A stretch of DNA of 32,000 nucleotides from Wolbachia endosymbiont strain TRS of Brugia malayi (GCF_000008385.1 NC_006833.1:930001-962000), one strand, 5' to 3'; positions 1-9,863 are shown, counted from the first letter of the stretch. Notes: a model not told the origin generated them from the letters alone. Numbers and translations are program-made.

Positions 1-962
1 TCTAGTGCTGCACTGAAAACCCCTTCTCCTGTGAGAAAAAGAACTACAAGTTCTGGTGTATTTTCAAATTGATTCCAATACTCTTTTCTACCCAGATCAT
101 TTATATGCTTTTTTATTGCCAAGGAATGATCCTTTAATTTTTCCTTTTGTATCCGTAAGTCATTTTGTGATACAGCATCAAGATAAGAATCGAGCGGCAC
201 TTTAGCATCTATTATTATTTGCTTTCCAGATGGCATTTTGATTATTAAATCAGGACGCAGTAAATTATCCTTATTTTTATCAATCACTGATGGCTGGGTA
301 AAAAAATCGCAATATTCAACCATTCCTGCCATTTCTACCACTCTTCTTAGCTGTATTTCACCCCATTTCCCTCTAATATGAGGCTTCCCTAAAGCATTAG
401 CAAGGCTAGAAGTTTGGTTCATTAATGCTCCAATTTGCTCTTTTAAACCTTCATAAGCCCCTACTCTCTCTTTTTCCAGTTCGCGTATTTCACTATCAAA
501 TTTTTCCAGTTTTTCTTTTATCGGAGTTACAACTTCGTTAATCGTTGCTTGCCTTTTCTTGAAATTACTTTCTGTCTCTTTTAATTTACTATCGATTACT
601 TCCTTCGCCAAGTTCAGAAAATTATTGTTATTTGTCTGCAAAGCATCAAGAGAAAGTGCTTTAAAGGTGTTTGTTAGTCTCTCCTCAGCTTTTGCTAGTA
701 ATTCTATTTCCTTTTTCTTCTCCTCACGTTCTTTTTGCAGAGTTACTTCAAGTTCTGCATTGCTCACTTTTAAATCTACTATTTCTTTGTCCTTACCCTG
801 CAAGATCTGTCTTGTTTCTTGAAGCTCACGCTCCAATTTAAATAAATTACCCTCAAGATTTGCCGATTTTATTTTTTCTCCGCTCAGTTTTTTATTCTTT
901 CTTACAATGATGCAGAGAAACAATAATAAAAAGAGGCCAAAAGCGATAGAATTGAAAAGCAT
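1..962 (-). CDS. rmuC: DNA recombination protein RmuC (N-terminal ~320 codons; ORF runs off the left edge)
   Basis: Absent from the ORF track because no stop lies in-window. My translation from the ATG at 962 (minus) stays open to position 1. It gives MLFNSIAFGLFLLLFLCIIVRK (TM anchor), a long E/K-rich coiled coil, then GKPHIRGKWGEIQLRRVVEMAGMVEYCDF and RPDLIIKMPSGKQIIIDAKVPL, which are typical RmuC core blocks. Confidence 0.8.
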   Translation of the reverse strand, partial: MLFNSIAFGLFLLLFLCIIVRKNKKLSGEKIKSANLEGNLFKLERELQETRQILQGKDKEIVDLKVSNAELEVTLQKEREEKKKEIELLAKAEERLTNTFKALSLDALQTNNNNFLNLAKEVIDSKLKETESNFKKRQATINEVVTPIKEKLEKFDSEIRELEKERVGAYEGLKEQIGALMNQTSSLANALGKPHIRGKWGEIQLRRVVEMAGMVEYCDFFTQPSVIDKNKDNLLRPDLIIKMPSGKQIIIDAKVPLDSYLDAVSQNDLRIQKEKLKDHSLAIKKHINDLGRKEYWNQFENTPELVVLFLTGEGVFSAAL

Positions 963-993
963 CAGAATACAAAAAAAAATCGTACTCACAATA

Positions 994-1398
994 CTATCTA
1001 ATTTTTATGTATATGGAAAAGAAAAAAAGGAGCACTTGAAAGTGTGCTCCTTTTTGAAGTTCATGACTGTTGACCAATAGATAAACCACTGTCAACAACT
1101 GGTGTTGCTGCAGGACTATCAGTTTTGAACTTGGTGTGTTGCCATTTGCAGGAACTTTAAGTTCAGAACTTGCAGCTTCAGGCGCAATTGGATATTTAGC
1201 GTATATATTGAATTCTTTTATTATATCGCTAAAACCTAACAGTTCTTTCATTCTTTCTGGTTCATTATCACCATAAATCGTACTGTTATCTTGAGTTCCA
1301 ACTGAATTTATGGACAGATGTATATAACCATTCTCCATTTCTATTTTTGAGTCACAACGACCTGTGATATATAGCTGTTTCTCTCCTTCAAGATTCAA
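994..1398 (-). pseudogene. Orphan ORF, probably a decayed gene fragment of unknown family
   Basis: It starts on TTG, and the upstream in-frame sequence is open with no ATG. The listed frame reads straight through the terminator hairpin. A +2 frame instead ends ...TDSPAATPVVDSGLSIGQQS* just before the hairpin, which suggests a frameshift. I recognise no family motif. Confidence 0.3.
1022..1056. terminator. Bidirectional rho-independent terminator-like hairpin
   Basis: GGAGCAC (1029-1035) pairs with GTGCTCC (1044-1050) around an 8-nt loop. The stem is flanked by an A-run on the left and a T-run on the right, so a U-tract follows it on either strand. It lies between ORF 994..1398 and the rmuC start. 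Confidence 0.6.
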
Positions 1399-1580
1399 AT
1401 GGAACTCATCACAAATAACATTATTATCCTTGTTTTTGTATACTTCTTAAAGTATTTGATAGTTATTATGTTTTATATCCAGCCATATTTACCATCAATA
1501 ACCTTCAGGCAAGCTGTAGGTTCTTGAGCTATCTTAATACTGCTTATTTGGTTTGTTTTATTACTAGACTTTCAAATTGA

Positions 1581-1630
1581 TTAAAATTTTCCTAAAGTTC
1601 ATGAAATTTCTGTACAACTAGCAATCTACT
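1581..1630 (+). repeat. Partial third copy of the X module (see 21187..21252)
   Basis: TTAAAATTTTCCTAAAGTTCATGAAATTTCTGTACAACTAGCAATCT resembles CTTAAATTTTCCTAATTATGATTTAAACAACACTACAAGCTTC at 21209-21252. This is a by-eye alignment only. Confidence 0.3.
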
Positions 1631-1737
1631 TAAAAAACTTTTTTATGCTTTTCACATATTCATTCCTTAAATTAATAATAAATTAACTTAGTTATTATAT
1701 ATAAGGCATAACATGTCAACTATTTTAGAAAATGTTT

Positions 1738-2341
1738 TTAATACTCGCTTGAACTTGCAATCTTTAATAATTTAATAGCACTGGTGTTCACAACTTTTCT
1801 ACTGACACATTTAGTGACAGAAAACCTCATATAGGGCTCATCCGTATAAGGGTTCCTTAACATTCTCATTCCTCACTATCTACAATTTTTAAGCCCGTTT
1901 AAAATCTACCACTACAATTATCGGTAGCCGATTGTCTGGTATAGGCGGCATATCAACGGATTGATATACTAGTATTTCCATTAAGGTATCCAGAGCTTCA
2001 AACGATAAACTTGGTTGCCAAAGATATTGACATGTTTGAGACTTAAATAGTCTAACATCTTTTAGTATACTCCTGTTCATTAAAAATGATGCTATCTTGG
2101 AATAGTACTCATTCAGAGAATAGCAAGATTTCATTATTGCATTACCATCCAATTTCTCAGCTTCAACTTGCTCTATCTTGTTGTAACTATTTCCATCTTC
2201 ATAAGATAAGATTCCTTTGGGTTGGAAAGTGCCATCACCTTTAATGAAAGCTTCGCTTTCTTTCGTACTGAAAATCCCAGCAACTTTTTCAACTAACCAA
2301 CTTTCAACATCAACAAATGTATCATCAAGTAGCTTTTGTGA
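1738..2341 (-). pseudogene. Phage major capsid protein (HK97 family), C-terminal remnant with a frameshift
   Basis: The minus-strand translation gives QKLLDDTFVDVESWLVEKVAGIFSTKESEAFIKGDGTFQPKGILSYEDGN ... LKDVRLFKSQTCQYLWQPSLSFEALDTLMEILVYQSVDMPPIP. After a frame change near 1889 it continues MLRNPYTDEPYMRFSVTKCVSRKVVNTSAIKLLKI. These are typical HK97-fold capsid C-terminal blocks. No N-terminal half is present. Confidence 0.65.
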
Positions 2342-2466
2342 TCAACTATGTTTTTTTAATTTTCATTGATATAATTTTGCAACTTTACCCAATCATGCAG
2401 GTAATAAAAACCCATTCGCCATAGGAGTAGAACTTTATGTCAAACAGCTATTGCAACAATTACTGC

Positions 2467-2700
2467 TTAAGTCACTGCTGTGTAAATTAATGTTGCTTTA
2501 AGTCTTACATTACCAATTACTATAATTTTATGCATTAGAGCTGTTATGGCCATCATCTTCTTCTTACCACTTTCAATAGCTTAGAATAGATTACCAAGTA
2601 CAGACTTTGCAGCAGCCATGGCTGATATAAAGAGCCTTGAACAAACATTACTTCTACCACCTATAATCCTTCGTTAACTAACAGTTTTATTACTTTACCT
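2467..2700 (-). mobile_element. IS110-family transposase, C-terminal fragment (decayed)
   Basis: The minus strand reads RIIGGRSNVCSRLFISAMAAAKSVLGNLF*AIESGKKKMMAITALMHKIIVIGNVRLKATL. This matches the IS110 C-terminal pattern I.GGR..vR..LYMAA..A...NP.....Y.rL...GK.kkvAl.AvmRKLlvi.N. It has an in-frame stop and the N-terminal catalytic domain is missing. Confidence 0.55.
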
Positions 2701-2717
2701 TATACCAATTTTCACTG

Positions 2718-3714
2718 TTAATAGGTCAAATAAGTGACATTGCAGAGTTGCTTTATTGCGGAGCGAGAAGGGTAGGTAATAAATTTACATAAAGCGCTCT
2801 CAAGCAAAGCAATTGTATTATATACTTTATTACGCAAAATGTTCTGTTTTATATATAACCAAAGTTTTCCAATAGGATGAAGCTCAGGTAAGTACGATGA
2901 CAGGTATATAATCTTGACATTTTTAGGTATCTTTAAATTTTTTGAATTATACCAATTAGCACAATCTATGACAAGAAAGGCTTCTTGTGTTCTTAAATAT
3001 TGCAATATTTGTTCAAGAAATATATTCATACAACCAGTGTTGATATTCAGTGCAAATAAGCTAGAACTTTCTTCACTCCTAGGATTAACTGTACTGTAGA
3101 GATAAAAATTTTGTCTACCTAACTTTACTTTAACCTGTATTCTAACGCCCTTTTTTAAACCACCAGTGACAACCTTCGAATGTGTGCCCCGCGATTCATC
3201 AAAGAAAAATTAGCTCTTATTCATGATATTTGCCAATAGTCTCATTAAAATTTTTAACTATTCCTACCTACCTTTATCTTGTCCATTATGAATTGGTCTT
3301 AGCGTAATATACGAAAACCTCATTTTTTGCATATTAAGGTGTACTGTAGTCTTGCTGACATCCAAGCCAAATTTTTCCTGGATTCTATTCTCATTTCTTT
3401 AATGGTAATATTAGAGTTTTCTTGTATCCATACTTCAACTTGTTCAAATTGACTCTGATCAATCTAGTTTTTCTGCAACATTGAGGAGTAGCAAACAATT
3501 TTTCTTTTCTTCCAAATTTTAGTTACCTTATCCATACAGTCAGTGCTGTTCTTGAAATTCAACACATTTTTGCTACGGCTGTTATACTCTGCTTTCTTGC
3601 TACAATTACAGCATTTAGTTTTTTTGCAACATATGTGTTATTTCGTACTTTCTTCAGTATTTCTTTTGCTGATTCTACGACCATTCCATCCAATAATTTT
3701 GATTTCAATGCCAT
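2718..3714 (-). mobile_element. IS630-family transposase pseudogene (multiple frameshifts and stops)
   Basis: The C-terminal ORF 2718..3029 reads FLVIDCANWYNSKNLKIPKNVKIIYLSSYLPELHPIGKLW, versus the IS630 pattern lilDNA.wHks..l..P.ni.l..LPpYSPeLNPiE.lW. The last E is replaced by G. The middle part reads FFDESRGTHSKVVTGGLKKGVRIQVK. The N-terminal HTH, MALKSKLLDG..LNAVIVARKQSITAVAKMC*ISRTALTVWIR, starts at the ATG at 3714. The three pieces lie in different frames. Confidence 0.7.
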
Positions 3715-4024
3715 TTAAACCTCACTATTTTACTTACTTCAGTATGACTTCTTTTCCATCATTGCCTATCCGTTCCTTGTGCAGTGGGAATTGGTATCAC
3801 TATATGGTCCTGCCATTCTTTTTCCTTTATCACTAGCCAATCCCTCATTATACCTTCCTTTCTCTTTGAGGAAACTTTATCCGGGTTAGCTACAGTAGGT
3901 TTAGGTCTTGAAATGAGAAAGTAAATTTTGTACAAATGAAAAATTAGACAACTGTGATATAAATGATTTAAATTAAATACACTTATGTCACCATAAACTC
4001 ATATCAAATCTTTTTTAACTTTGA

Positions 4025-4529
4025 GTATTATTACATTTCGTATTAAAATATGTGCATGAGCTGCCTTATGGACGTAATCTTGACCGCACATGTTATATAT
4101 CAGTACTCAATGAAAAACGAGGAACATGTAGTATAAAACATGTGCTGATTTATAAGTTAGGTTGCAAATACGAAATCGATGTAGCACTACATTTAGCTGT
4201 TTTTATGATGAACAAGTTAAATACGCCAGAAATTTCTTAAGTTTTAAATGAGTATAACTTACTACAGATTTCGGAAATGCATTGTTACCTTCATTATAAA
4301 AGTCGGATTTATTGATATAACTTCTCCAGAAAAGAGCATATCACTAGAACTGATAGAGGAAGAGAAAATTGAACCCAAACATCTTGGAACTTACAGCAGA
4401 AAAGCACAAACAATTTATCAAGAACTGGTTAATCAACAATTCAAACATATCATACAATATGGAACAAATTTTTTAAATTCGGGAATTATATATAAAACAA
4501 CTGGAAAGATATGGAAAGTGAAATTATGA
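4025..4529 (+). pseudogene. Decayed conserved-hypothetical gene (GTCS.KH motif family, function unknown)
   Basis: ORFs 4052..4240 and 4248..4529 join into one reading: HELPYGRNLDRTCYISVLNEKRGTCSIKHVLIYKLG...NTPEIS*VLNEYNLLQISEMHCYLHYKS(fs)GFIDITSPEK... There is an in-frame TAA at 4238 and a frameshift near 4300. The upstream in-frame TGA at 4022 leaves no start codon. Confidence 0.35.
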
Positions 4530-4811
4530 CCTTACGATCCATTAGTTGGGCTGTGATCACAATAACCATAACGATTTTCACTTCTTTTAGTAGAGTTCTT
4601 AACTTAGCAATATATATTGCTAAAACTTAAACAATACAACCACTTCCAGCAATAAGAAAAGGCCCAACCTATTACACTAGCCCATTACTATCATACTCTC
4701 CAGAACTATACGCTTTTTTATTTCCTTGATAAAACCTTTAGCTATATATAATTCAACCTTGACTTTACATATGGCTCAAATACCATATATGTATTGTAGT
4801 GTGGAGATAAT

Positions 4812-5170
4812 ATGGTCGACCAAAATCTGAATAAAGCAGAATCTTACTATACTATGCATAACAAAAATCTTGATTATATGATCTCATATGTGCATCCTAA
4901 TGTCGACTTTATAGGTCCTCCTTTAACTATGATGGTAGAGAATCAGTAACTGAAGCTGTCAAAAAATTTTCGATGTTTTTCAAGAGTCTTACAATCTGAA
5001 AAAGATTTACTTCTGGTAGAAGATTATGCTAGTATTAAATTTTGATTATCCTGATCCTATAGGTACTTTTCGAGGTACTTCATTTTTATCATTTGATGGT
5101 GGCTTATTTTCGAATAGAATTGTTCTACGATACTCGCGTTTGAGGGGAAAGAAGATGGAATTTTTACTTA
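4812..5170 (+). pseudogene. NTF2/SnoaL-like small protein pseudogene
   Basis: MVDQNLNKAESYYTMHNKNLDYMISYVHPNVDFIGPPL.. is followed, across several frame changes, by ESVTEAVKKFSMFFKSLTI, FDYPDPIGTFRGTSFLSFDGGL and IELFYDTR. This pattern is typical of SnoaL-like/NTF2-fold proteins. It is broken by stops and frameshifts. Confidence 0.45.
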
Positions 5171-5242
5171 AAATTGAATTAACATTAACCAATTAGAATT
5201 TCATCAATAATTTTCCTTTATTTCATAGCTTCTGGGCTGTCC

Positions 5243-6084
5243 TTATTTTTTAATTAGTGTAGTTGTAACGAGAGCCTTCCATAAAGCACAACCATATGCT
5301 CTAGGCCATGTATTTGAATTTAAACATAGATGTGATTTGAAAATTCTCCGACTCTCATTTTTCAAAAAAAATTCCACACAACGACTAGATCACAAGCTGG
5401 ATCACCAACACCCATACATTCAAAATCAATCACAGCAGCTATACACCCATATTTTATCAAGATATTCCCAATTGCAAAATCACCATGTATCCATACTGAG
5501 TTCTTGTTTCATTTTGAGCTTACAGCCTTTTTCAAAACAGATGTTATGGTTTTGTGTCAATAAAAACCTTGCAACTCTATAATTGCCGATTTTTCTGCAT
5601 TATAGATTGATATGTGGTCACCACGCTAGTAGTTATGAAACCCAGGACTAGGGCCTCCTCTAACATCAATCCTACATAATTCGTTCAAAAACTGTGCAAG
5701 TTGAAAAGCAATAACCTGTAAATTCAGATCACCTATAGACACTTTTATTTATGCTTTTCTCCCTTCAATCCACCTGTACATTAACCAATTCTAAGGATAA
5801 TGTTTCGATGGTTGCCCCACTCCAAGCAGTTCAGGAACAGAAAACGATAAATGCAGTGCAAGTATCTTGAGCCGTTTTTGCTCCTTTAGAACTCGTAGTG
5901 CACAATTTTCTGCATTTGGTAGCCCTGATCAATATTTCTTCACATAAGCGAAAGGTTCAATTGTCTATGCGACTGGACTCAACAGGTTTAACCTCTAAAT
6001 AGCCCACTTTGGAAACTGCTGTACAACAAGTTTGGCAGCAAGTGACAAAGTAATTTCTAAACGACTACTAGTTTTTGATATCAT
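5243..6084 (-). pseudogene. Aminoglycoside/choline-kinase-type phosphotransferase (APH family) pseudogene
   Basis: Codon-by-codon reading from the ATG at 6084 gives MISKTSSRLEITLSLAAKLVVQQFPKWAI*RLNLLSPVA*...VWIHGDFAIGNILIKYGCIAAVIDFECMGVGDPACDLVVVWNFF*. This contains the HGD..GN and IDF..G.GDP.DL kinase motifs. There are about 10 in-frame stops and at least one frameshift before the C-terminal WPRAYGCALWKALVTTTLIKK*. Confidence 0.7.
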
Positions 6085-6274
6085 TGCTTGCTCCACCTCA
6101 AAACCTCACAGTTCCAAAATAAACTTCCCTTTTACATTCAGTTAATAGTAATTAATTTGAGAATAAAATAAAAGAAAAACTGAGGTACATAAATAAAACC
6201 TTCCCATAATTGGTTAACTTTTTAAACTTACACCCTTCATTACTAGGTAGACTAGACTATCATGTTAGCTGCAT

Positions 6275-6301
6275 GGTCCCAGCGTTAAGCACTAGAATGA
6301 C
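6275..6301. repeat. Solo right arm of the palindromic repeat family
   Basis: GGTCCCAGCGTTAAGCACTAGAATGAC resembles the right arms at 11035-11061 (TTCCAGTGTCACGCATAGGAATGACA) and 21133-21158 (CACCTAGCGTCATACACTGGAATGAC). Confidence 0.45.
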
Positions 6302-6354
6302 ATTAAGGAATGGCCAATGTTTTTTATGTAAGTAGCAGTCATGCAAGAAGTCTA

Positions 6355-7788
6355 TCACAAAAAAATCAAAAGCTTAACGATTAGCGCTATGACCATAGAC
6401 CACAGTAAAAAGTAGATTTTTCCATTTGATCTATCTTTAATTTGAATATTCTCTAGTTTCTGATTAGCTATTAGGTTTAATTTTTCTATAAGGTTAAAAA
6501 TTTCTTGAATTGTCTTTACGGGGTAAGAGCTCTTTATTCTCTCTTTATAGCTTATTTTATTTTTATGTTGATTTTCCGTCCATGCTTCAACCACCTTCCA
6601 CACATTAATTTCTGGGTAGATTTTTCTACAAGTTCCCTCTAGCAAAATCATAGTTTTTTGCAGAAGTAATAATTGCGTTTGAACTTTCATATCAAAATCA
6701 CCAGTTATTTTTAACAATTGAGCAAGTAAACTAGCAAAAGAAATTTTCTGTATGGGCTGCCCTATAATAGGTTCACCTATTGCCCTGCACGCTGTAACAA
6801 AACTTTTATGCTGCGGCGAAACATAACCAGCTCTAAAGTGCACTTTTGCAACGCGATCATAATCCCGGTTCAAAAAGCCTTTCAGTATCTCTATTACATA
6901 GTAACATGTTTCTCGGTCTATTCGGCCCATAATTCCACAATCTAAAGCGACAATACTGTTGTTACTATCGATCATTAGATTGCCAGGATGCATATCCGCG
7001 TGAAAGAAACAATCTCTATATACTTGATTACAAAACGACTCTATAAGATTAATAGCTATTTGCTTATGATTATTTAGTTTTTCAACTTCATATACTGGTG
7101 TTGCCCCTATCCACTCCAATGTTAAAACCCTTTTTGAAGTTCTACTCCAGTCCACTTCAGGAACATAAAAACCTCTGTCGTTTTTTGTATTTTCCCTAAG
7201 CTCCGAAGAGTGAGCAGCTTCAAAGCGTAGATCTAGCTCTAATCGGCAAATTTCAGCAAAAGTTTCAACTAACTCAATTGGTTTTAGCCTCCTTGATTGC
7301 TTGCTAAACTTTTCTACAATCCCCGCAAGCCAAAAAAGCATTTTGATATCTTTTGAAAATGTTTTTTCAATATTTGGCCTTAAAATTTTTACAGCAACTT
7401 CTTTACCTTCTGTTGTAGTTGCCTTATGAGCTTGAGAAATTGATGCTGCTGCAATTGGTTTTTCAGAAAAACTTGAAAAAATGTCACTTAACTTACAATT
7501 AAATTCGCTCTCTATAGTTTTAACTGCTATCTTGTGTGAAAAAGAGGGCAATTTATCACATATCAACAATAAATTATTCGTTATATCCTCATTCAAAATA
7601 TCAGTACGTGACGAGATAGATTGCCCAAACTTAATAAATACTGGACCTAATTTCTCAAAAGCACATCTTAGTTTATAGCCTCGTATTCTATTTATTGATT
7701 TCCTTGATGGAGAAAGTAAATAAGGTGATATGTTATAACGAGTTAGTACTGCAGTTATATACAAAAGGCGCAGAATACTTTGAATCAT
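6355..7788 (-). CDS. ubiB: UbiB/ABC1-family atypical kinase (ubiquinone biosynthesis)
   Basis: 477-aa ORF with FIKFGQSISSR, AAASISQAHKA, VAVKILRPNI and FFHADMHPGNLMI, plus a C-terminal TM segment. Its start overlaps the znuC stop by 4 bp. Confidence 0.9.
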   Translation of the reverse strand: MIQSILRLLYITAVLTRYNISPYLLSPSRKSINRIRGYKLRCAFEKLGPVFIKFGQSISSRTDILNEDITNNLLLICDKLPSFSHKIAVKTIESEFNCKLSDIFSSFSEKPIAAASISQAHKATTTEGKEVAVKILRPNIEKTFSKDIKMLFWLAGIVEKFSKQSRRLKPIELVETFAEICRLELDLRFEAAHSSELRENTKNDRGFYVPEVDWSRTSKRVLTLEWIGATPVYEVEKLNNHKQIAINLIESFCNQVYRDCFFHADMHPGNLMIDSNNSIVALDCGIMGRIDRETCYYVIEILKGFLNRDYDRVAKVHFRAGYVSPQHKSFVTACRAIGEPIIGQPIQKISFASLLAQLLKITGDFDMKVQTQLLLLQKTMILLEGTCRKIYPEINVWKVVEAWTENQHKNKISYKERIKSSYPVKTIQEIFNLIEKLNLIANQKLENIQIKDRSNGKIYFLLWSMVIALIVKLLIFL

Positions 7789-8525
7789 TTTGCTATGTAA
7801 CTGCTAAATATCTCGCCTAGAGTTCTATCCTCCATAATCTTACCAGGCTTACCTTGGCAATAGATAGTATGATTTATACAAATAATATAATCTGAACATG
7901 GTACAATGGAGCTTAAATCATGAGACGTCATAAGGATCGAAATTAGTCGTTTTTTTGCTATTTCTCCTATAATATCGTAAAACTTAGCACGTGCGTTAAT
8001 GTCCATCGCACTAACCGGCTCATCTAGAATAATCAAGTCAGGCTCTGCAATTAAACAGTGTGCAAGTAGTAATAATTGCATCTGTCCTGCAGAAATCTCT
8101 AATACTTGATTTTTCAAAATACTGCCAATACCAACTAATTCTATCACTTCCGTAATAACCGATTGATTTTTCTTCAATTTTTTTGAAAAACTATTTAAGA
8201 GGAAATACTCAACTGTTATTGGCATCAACTTACTAATGCTAAAATTTTGTGGCATGTAGCTAATTTTTATATTATCAGCAAATATAACGCTACCTGTATA
8301 ATTCTTACTTATACCAGCAACCACCTTCATCAAAGAAGTTTTACCTCCACCATTTGGGCCAAGTATGGTAACTATATCTCCCTTTTCTATTGATATATTA
8401 ATACCATCGAGAACCTTTTTATTATCGTATGCCAGAGCAAGATTTTCTATTTTTAGGACACTGTCATTGACATTATTTAACTTTTTGACAAAATTTAAAT
8501 TTTTCTCGATGCTTTCATGAGACAT
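7785..8525 (-). CDS. znuC: Zn/Mn ABC transporter ATP-binding protein
   Basis: Walker A GPNGGGKTS, signature-like ISAGQMQ, Walker B LIILDEP and an H-loop TSHD. It is divergently paired with a TroA/ZnuA-type binding protein. Confidence 0.8.
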   Translation of the reverse strand: MSHESIEKNLNFVKKLNNVNDSVLKIENLALAYDNKKVLDGINISIEKGDIVTILGPNGGGKTSLMKVVAGISKNYTGSVIFADNIKISYMPQNFSISKLMPITVEYFLLNSFSKKLKKNQSVITEVIELVGIGSILKNQVLEISAGQMQLLLLAHCLIAEPDLIILDEPVSAMDINARAKFYDIIGEIAKKRLISILMTSHDLSSIVPCSDYIICINHTIYCQGKPGKIMEDRTLGEIFSSYIAK

Positions 8526-9404
8526 TTACTAGCTTTTTTTCTATTACTTTTATTTACACTATACTATAATATTGCCCTTTCATCCAATTTAAAAATTGTA
8601 GCCACAATAAAACCTATACATTCACTTGTAGCCTCTGTTACAGATGGAATTTCAAAACCGTACTTGCTTGCCTACACAACATCCACACATGATCATATAT
8701 TAAAGCCATTTGATGTGAGCAACTTAGAATCAAGTGATGTTATATTTTATATTGATGATAACTTAGAGACATTTATTAAACCTTTCGCTAAAGATAAAAA
8801 AGAACTTGTGCAGTTGTCAAAGACAATTAACTTACTTCCTGCTCGATCACATTCATTCTCCAAACAAATTACCCATACTCAAGATGAAAAAGATCTACAT
8901 ATTTGGCTGAGTCCTGAAAATGCAAAGAGTATGATACTTTCTATAAGTGAAGCACTATCTAACATAGACAAGGAGAATGCCTCCCGGTACAACTACAATG
9001 CAATAAAAGCTAAAAAAAAAATAAATCAAGAAGCAGAAAAAATTGCAAAAGAATTAAATGACTTTAAAAATCAAAAATACATAGTCACTCACGATGCTTA
9101 TCAATATTTTGAAAAATATTTCGGTTTAAATCACCCAAGTGTTATTCTTTCTATAGAAGAGGACTCTTACATAGGCATGAAAAGCTTAATGAAACTAAAA
9201 AAGGTGATGGAGGAAGAAAATATTAAATGTATATTTTCTCATTCACTAGAAGATAGCATAAAACCTAAAGTCCTTTCCAATGACGCAAAAATGATAATTC
9301 TTGATCCTATTGGGTCAAATATAGAACCTGGAAAAGATGCATATCTTGCTATAATCAATGACATTACACAAAATTTTAAATCTTGTTTTGCTGGGTATCA
9401 GTAA
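8517..9404 (+). CDS. znuA: Zn/Mn ABC transporter periplasmic substrate-binding protein (ZnuA/TroA family)
   Basis: N-terminal signal peptide MRHLLAFFLLLLFTLYYNIALS, then KIVATIKPIHSLV, DLHIWLSP and VTHDAYQYF, which are characteristic cluster-9 SBP blocks. Confidence 0.75.
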   Translation: MRHLLAFFLLLLFTLYYNIALSSNLKIVATIKPIHSLVASVTDGISKPYLLAYTTSTHDHILKPFDVSNLESSDVIFYIDDNLETFIKPFAKDKKELVQLSKTINLLPARSHSFSKQITHTQDEKDLHIWLSPENAKSMILSISEALSNIDKENASRYNYNAIKAKKKINQEAEKIAKELNDFKNQKYIVTHDAYQYFEKYFGLNHPSVILSIEEDSYIGMKSLMKLKKVMEEENIKCIFSHSLEDSIKPKVLSNDAKMIILDPIGSNIEPGKDAYLAIINDITQNFKSCFAGYQ

Positions 9405-9443
9405 AAATCTGAGTAAAATATAGCTATGTTAGCAGGCCTGAAG

Positions 9444-9863
9444 CTACACCAACTCACACTCAGCAAAAAAGAAAGCTATCTCCTTATGAGCATTTTCTAA
9501 ACTATCAGAACCGTGGACTCTATTTTCATTAACATCATCAGCAAAGTCACCTCTGATTGTACCCTTATCTGCCTGCTTTGGATCTGTAGCTCCCATGATT
9601 TGTCTATATTTACTGATTGCATTTTCACCAACTAAAACTTGAACTATTACAGGACCAGAAGTCATAAATTCCACTAATCCTCCAAAAAAAGGTCTATCTT
9701 TATGAATTGCATAAAACAGTTCTGCTTGTTTTTTTGTTAGTAACATCATTTTTTGTGCTATTATCCTTAGCCCAGACTTTTCGATATAGGAATTTATATT
9801 ACCTATAATATTATTTTTCACCGTATCAGGTTTTAATATCGAAAGTGTCCTCTCAATCGCCAT
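9444..9863 (-). CDS. ndk: Nucleoside diphosphate kinase
   Basis: 139 aa with [23 protein letters not shown] and NRVHGSDS (active-site His). Confidence 0.95.
   Translation of the reverse strand: MAIERTLSILKPDTVKNNIIGNINSYIEKSGLRIIAQKMMLLTKKQAELFYAIHKDRPFFGGLVEFMTSGPVIVQVLVGENAISKYRQIMGATDPKQADKGTIRGDFADDVNENRVHGSDSLENAHKEIAFFFAECELV

Noticed and set aside
559-822. 87-aa + strand ORF (S/F/L-rich)
   Set aside because: It lies entirely antisense to the well-supported rmuC reading frame. Its low-complexity composition is typical of a shadow ORF opposite an E/K-rich coiled-coil gene.
1466-1476. Search for a dif site (XerD arm TTATGTTAAAT-like), prompted by xerD being in the window. The closest match is TTATGTTTTAT at 1466-1476, and there are AT-rich palindromes at 30671-30705
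   Set aside because: None has the 11-6-11 architecture with a matching XerC arm. The matches are what AT-rich DNA gives by chance.
3543-3836. 97-aa + strand ORF
   Set aside because: It is antisense to the IS630 N-terminal HTH region, and the opposite strand gives the recognisable transposase reading.
5337-5582. 81-aa + strand ORF
   Set aside because: It is antisense to the APH-family pseudogene, whose minus-strand reading contains the HGD..GN / IDF..G.GDP motifs.
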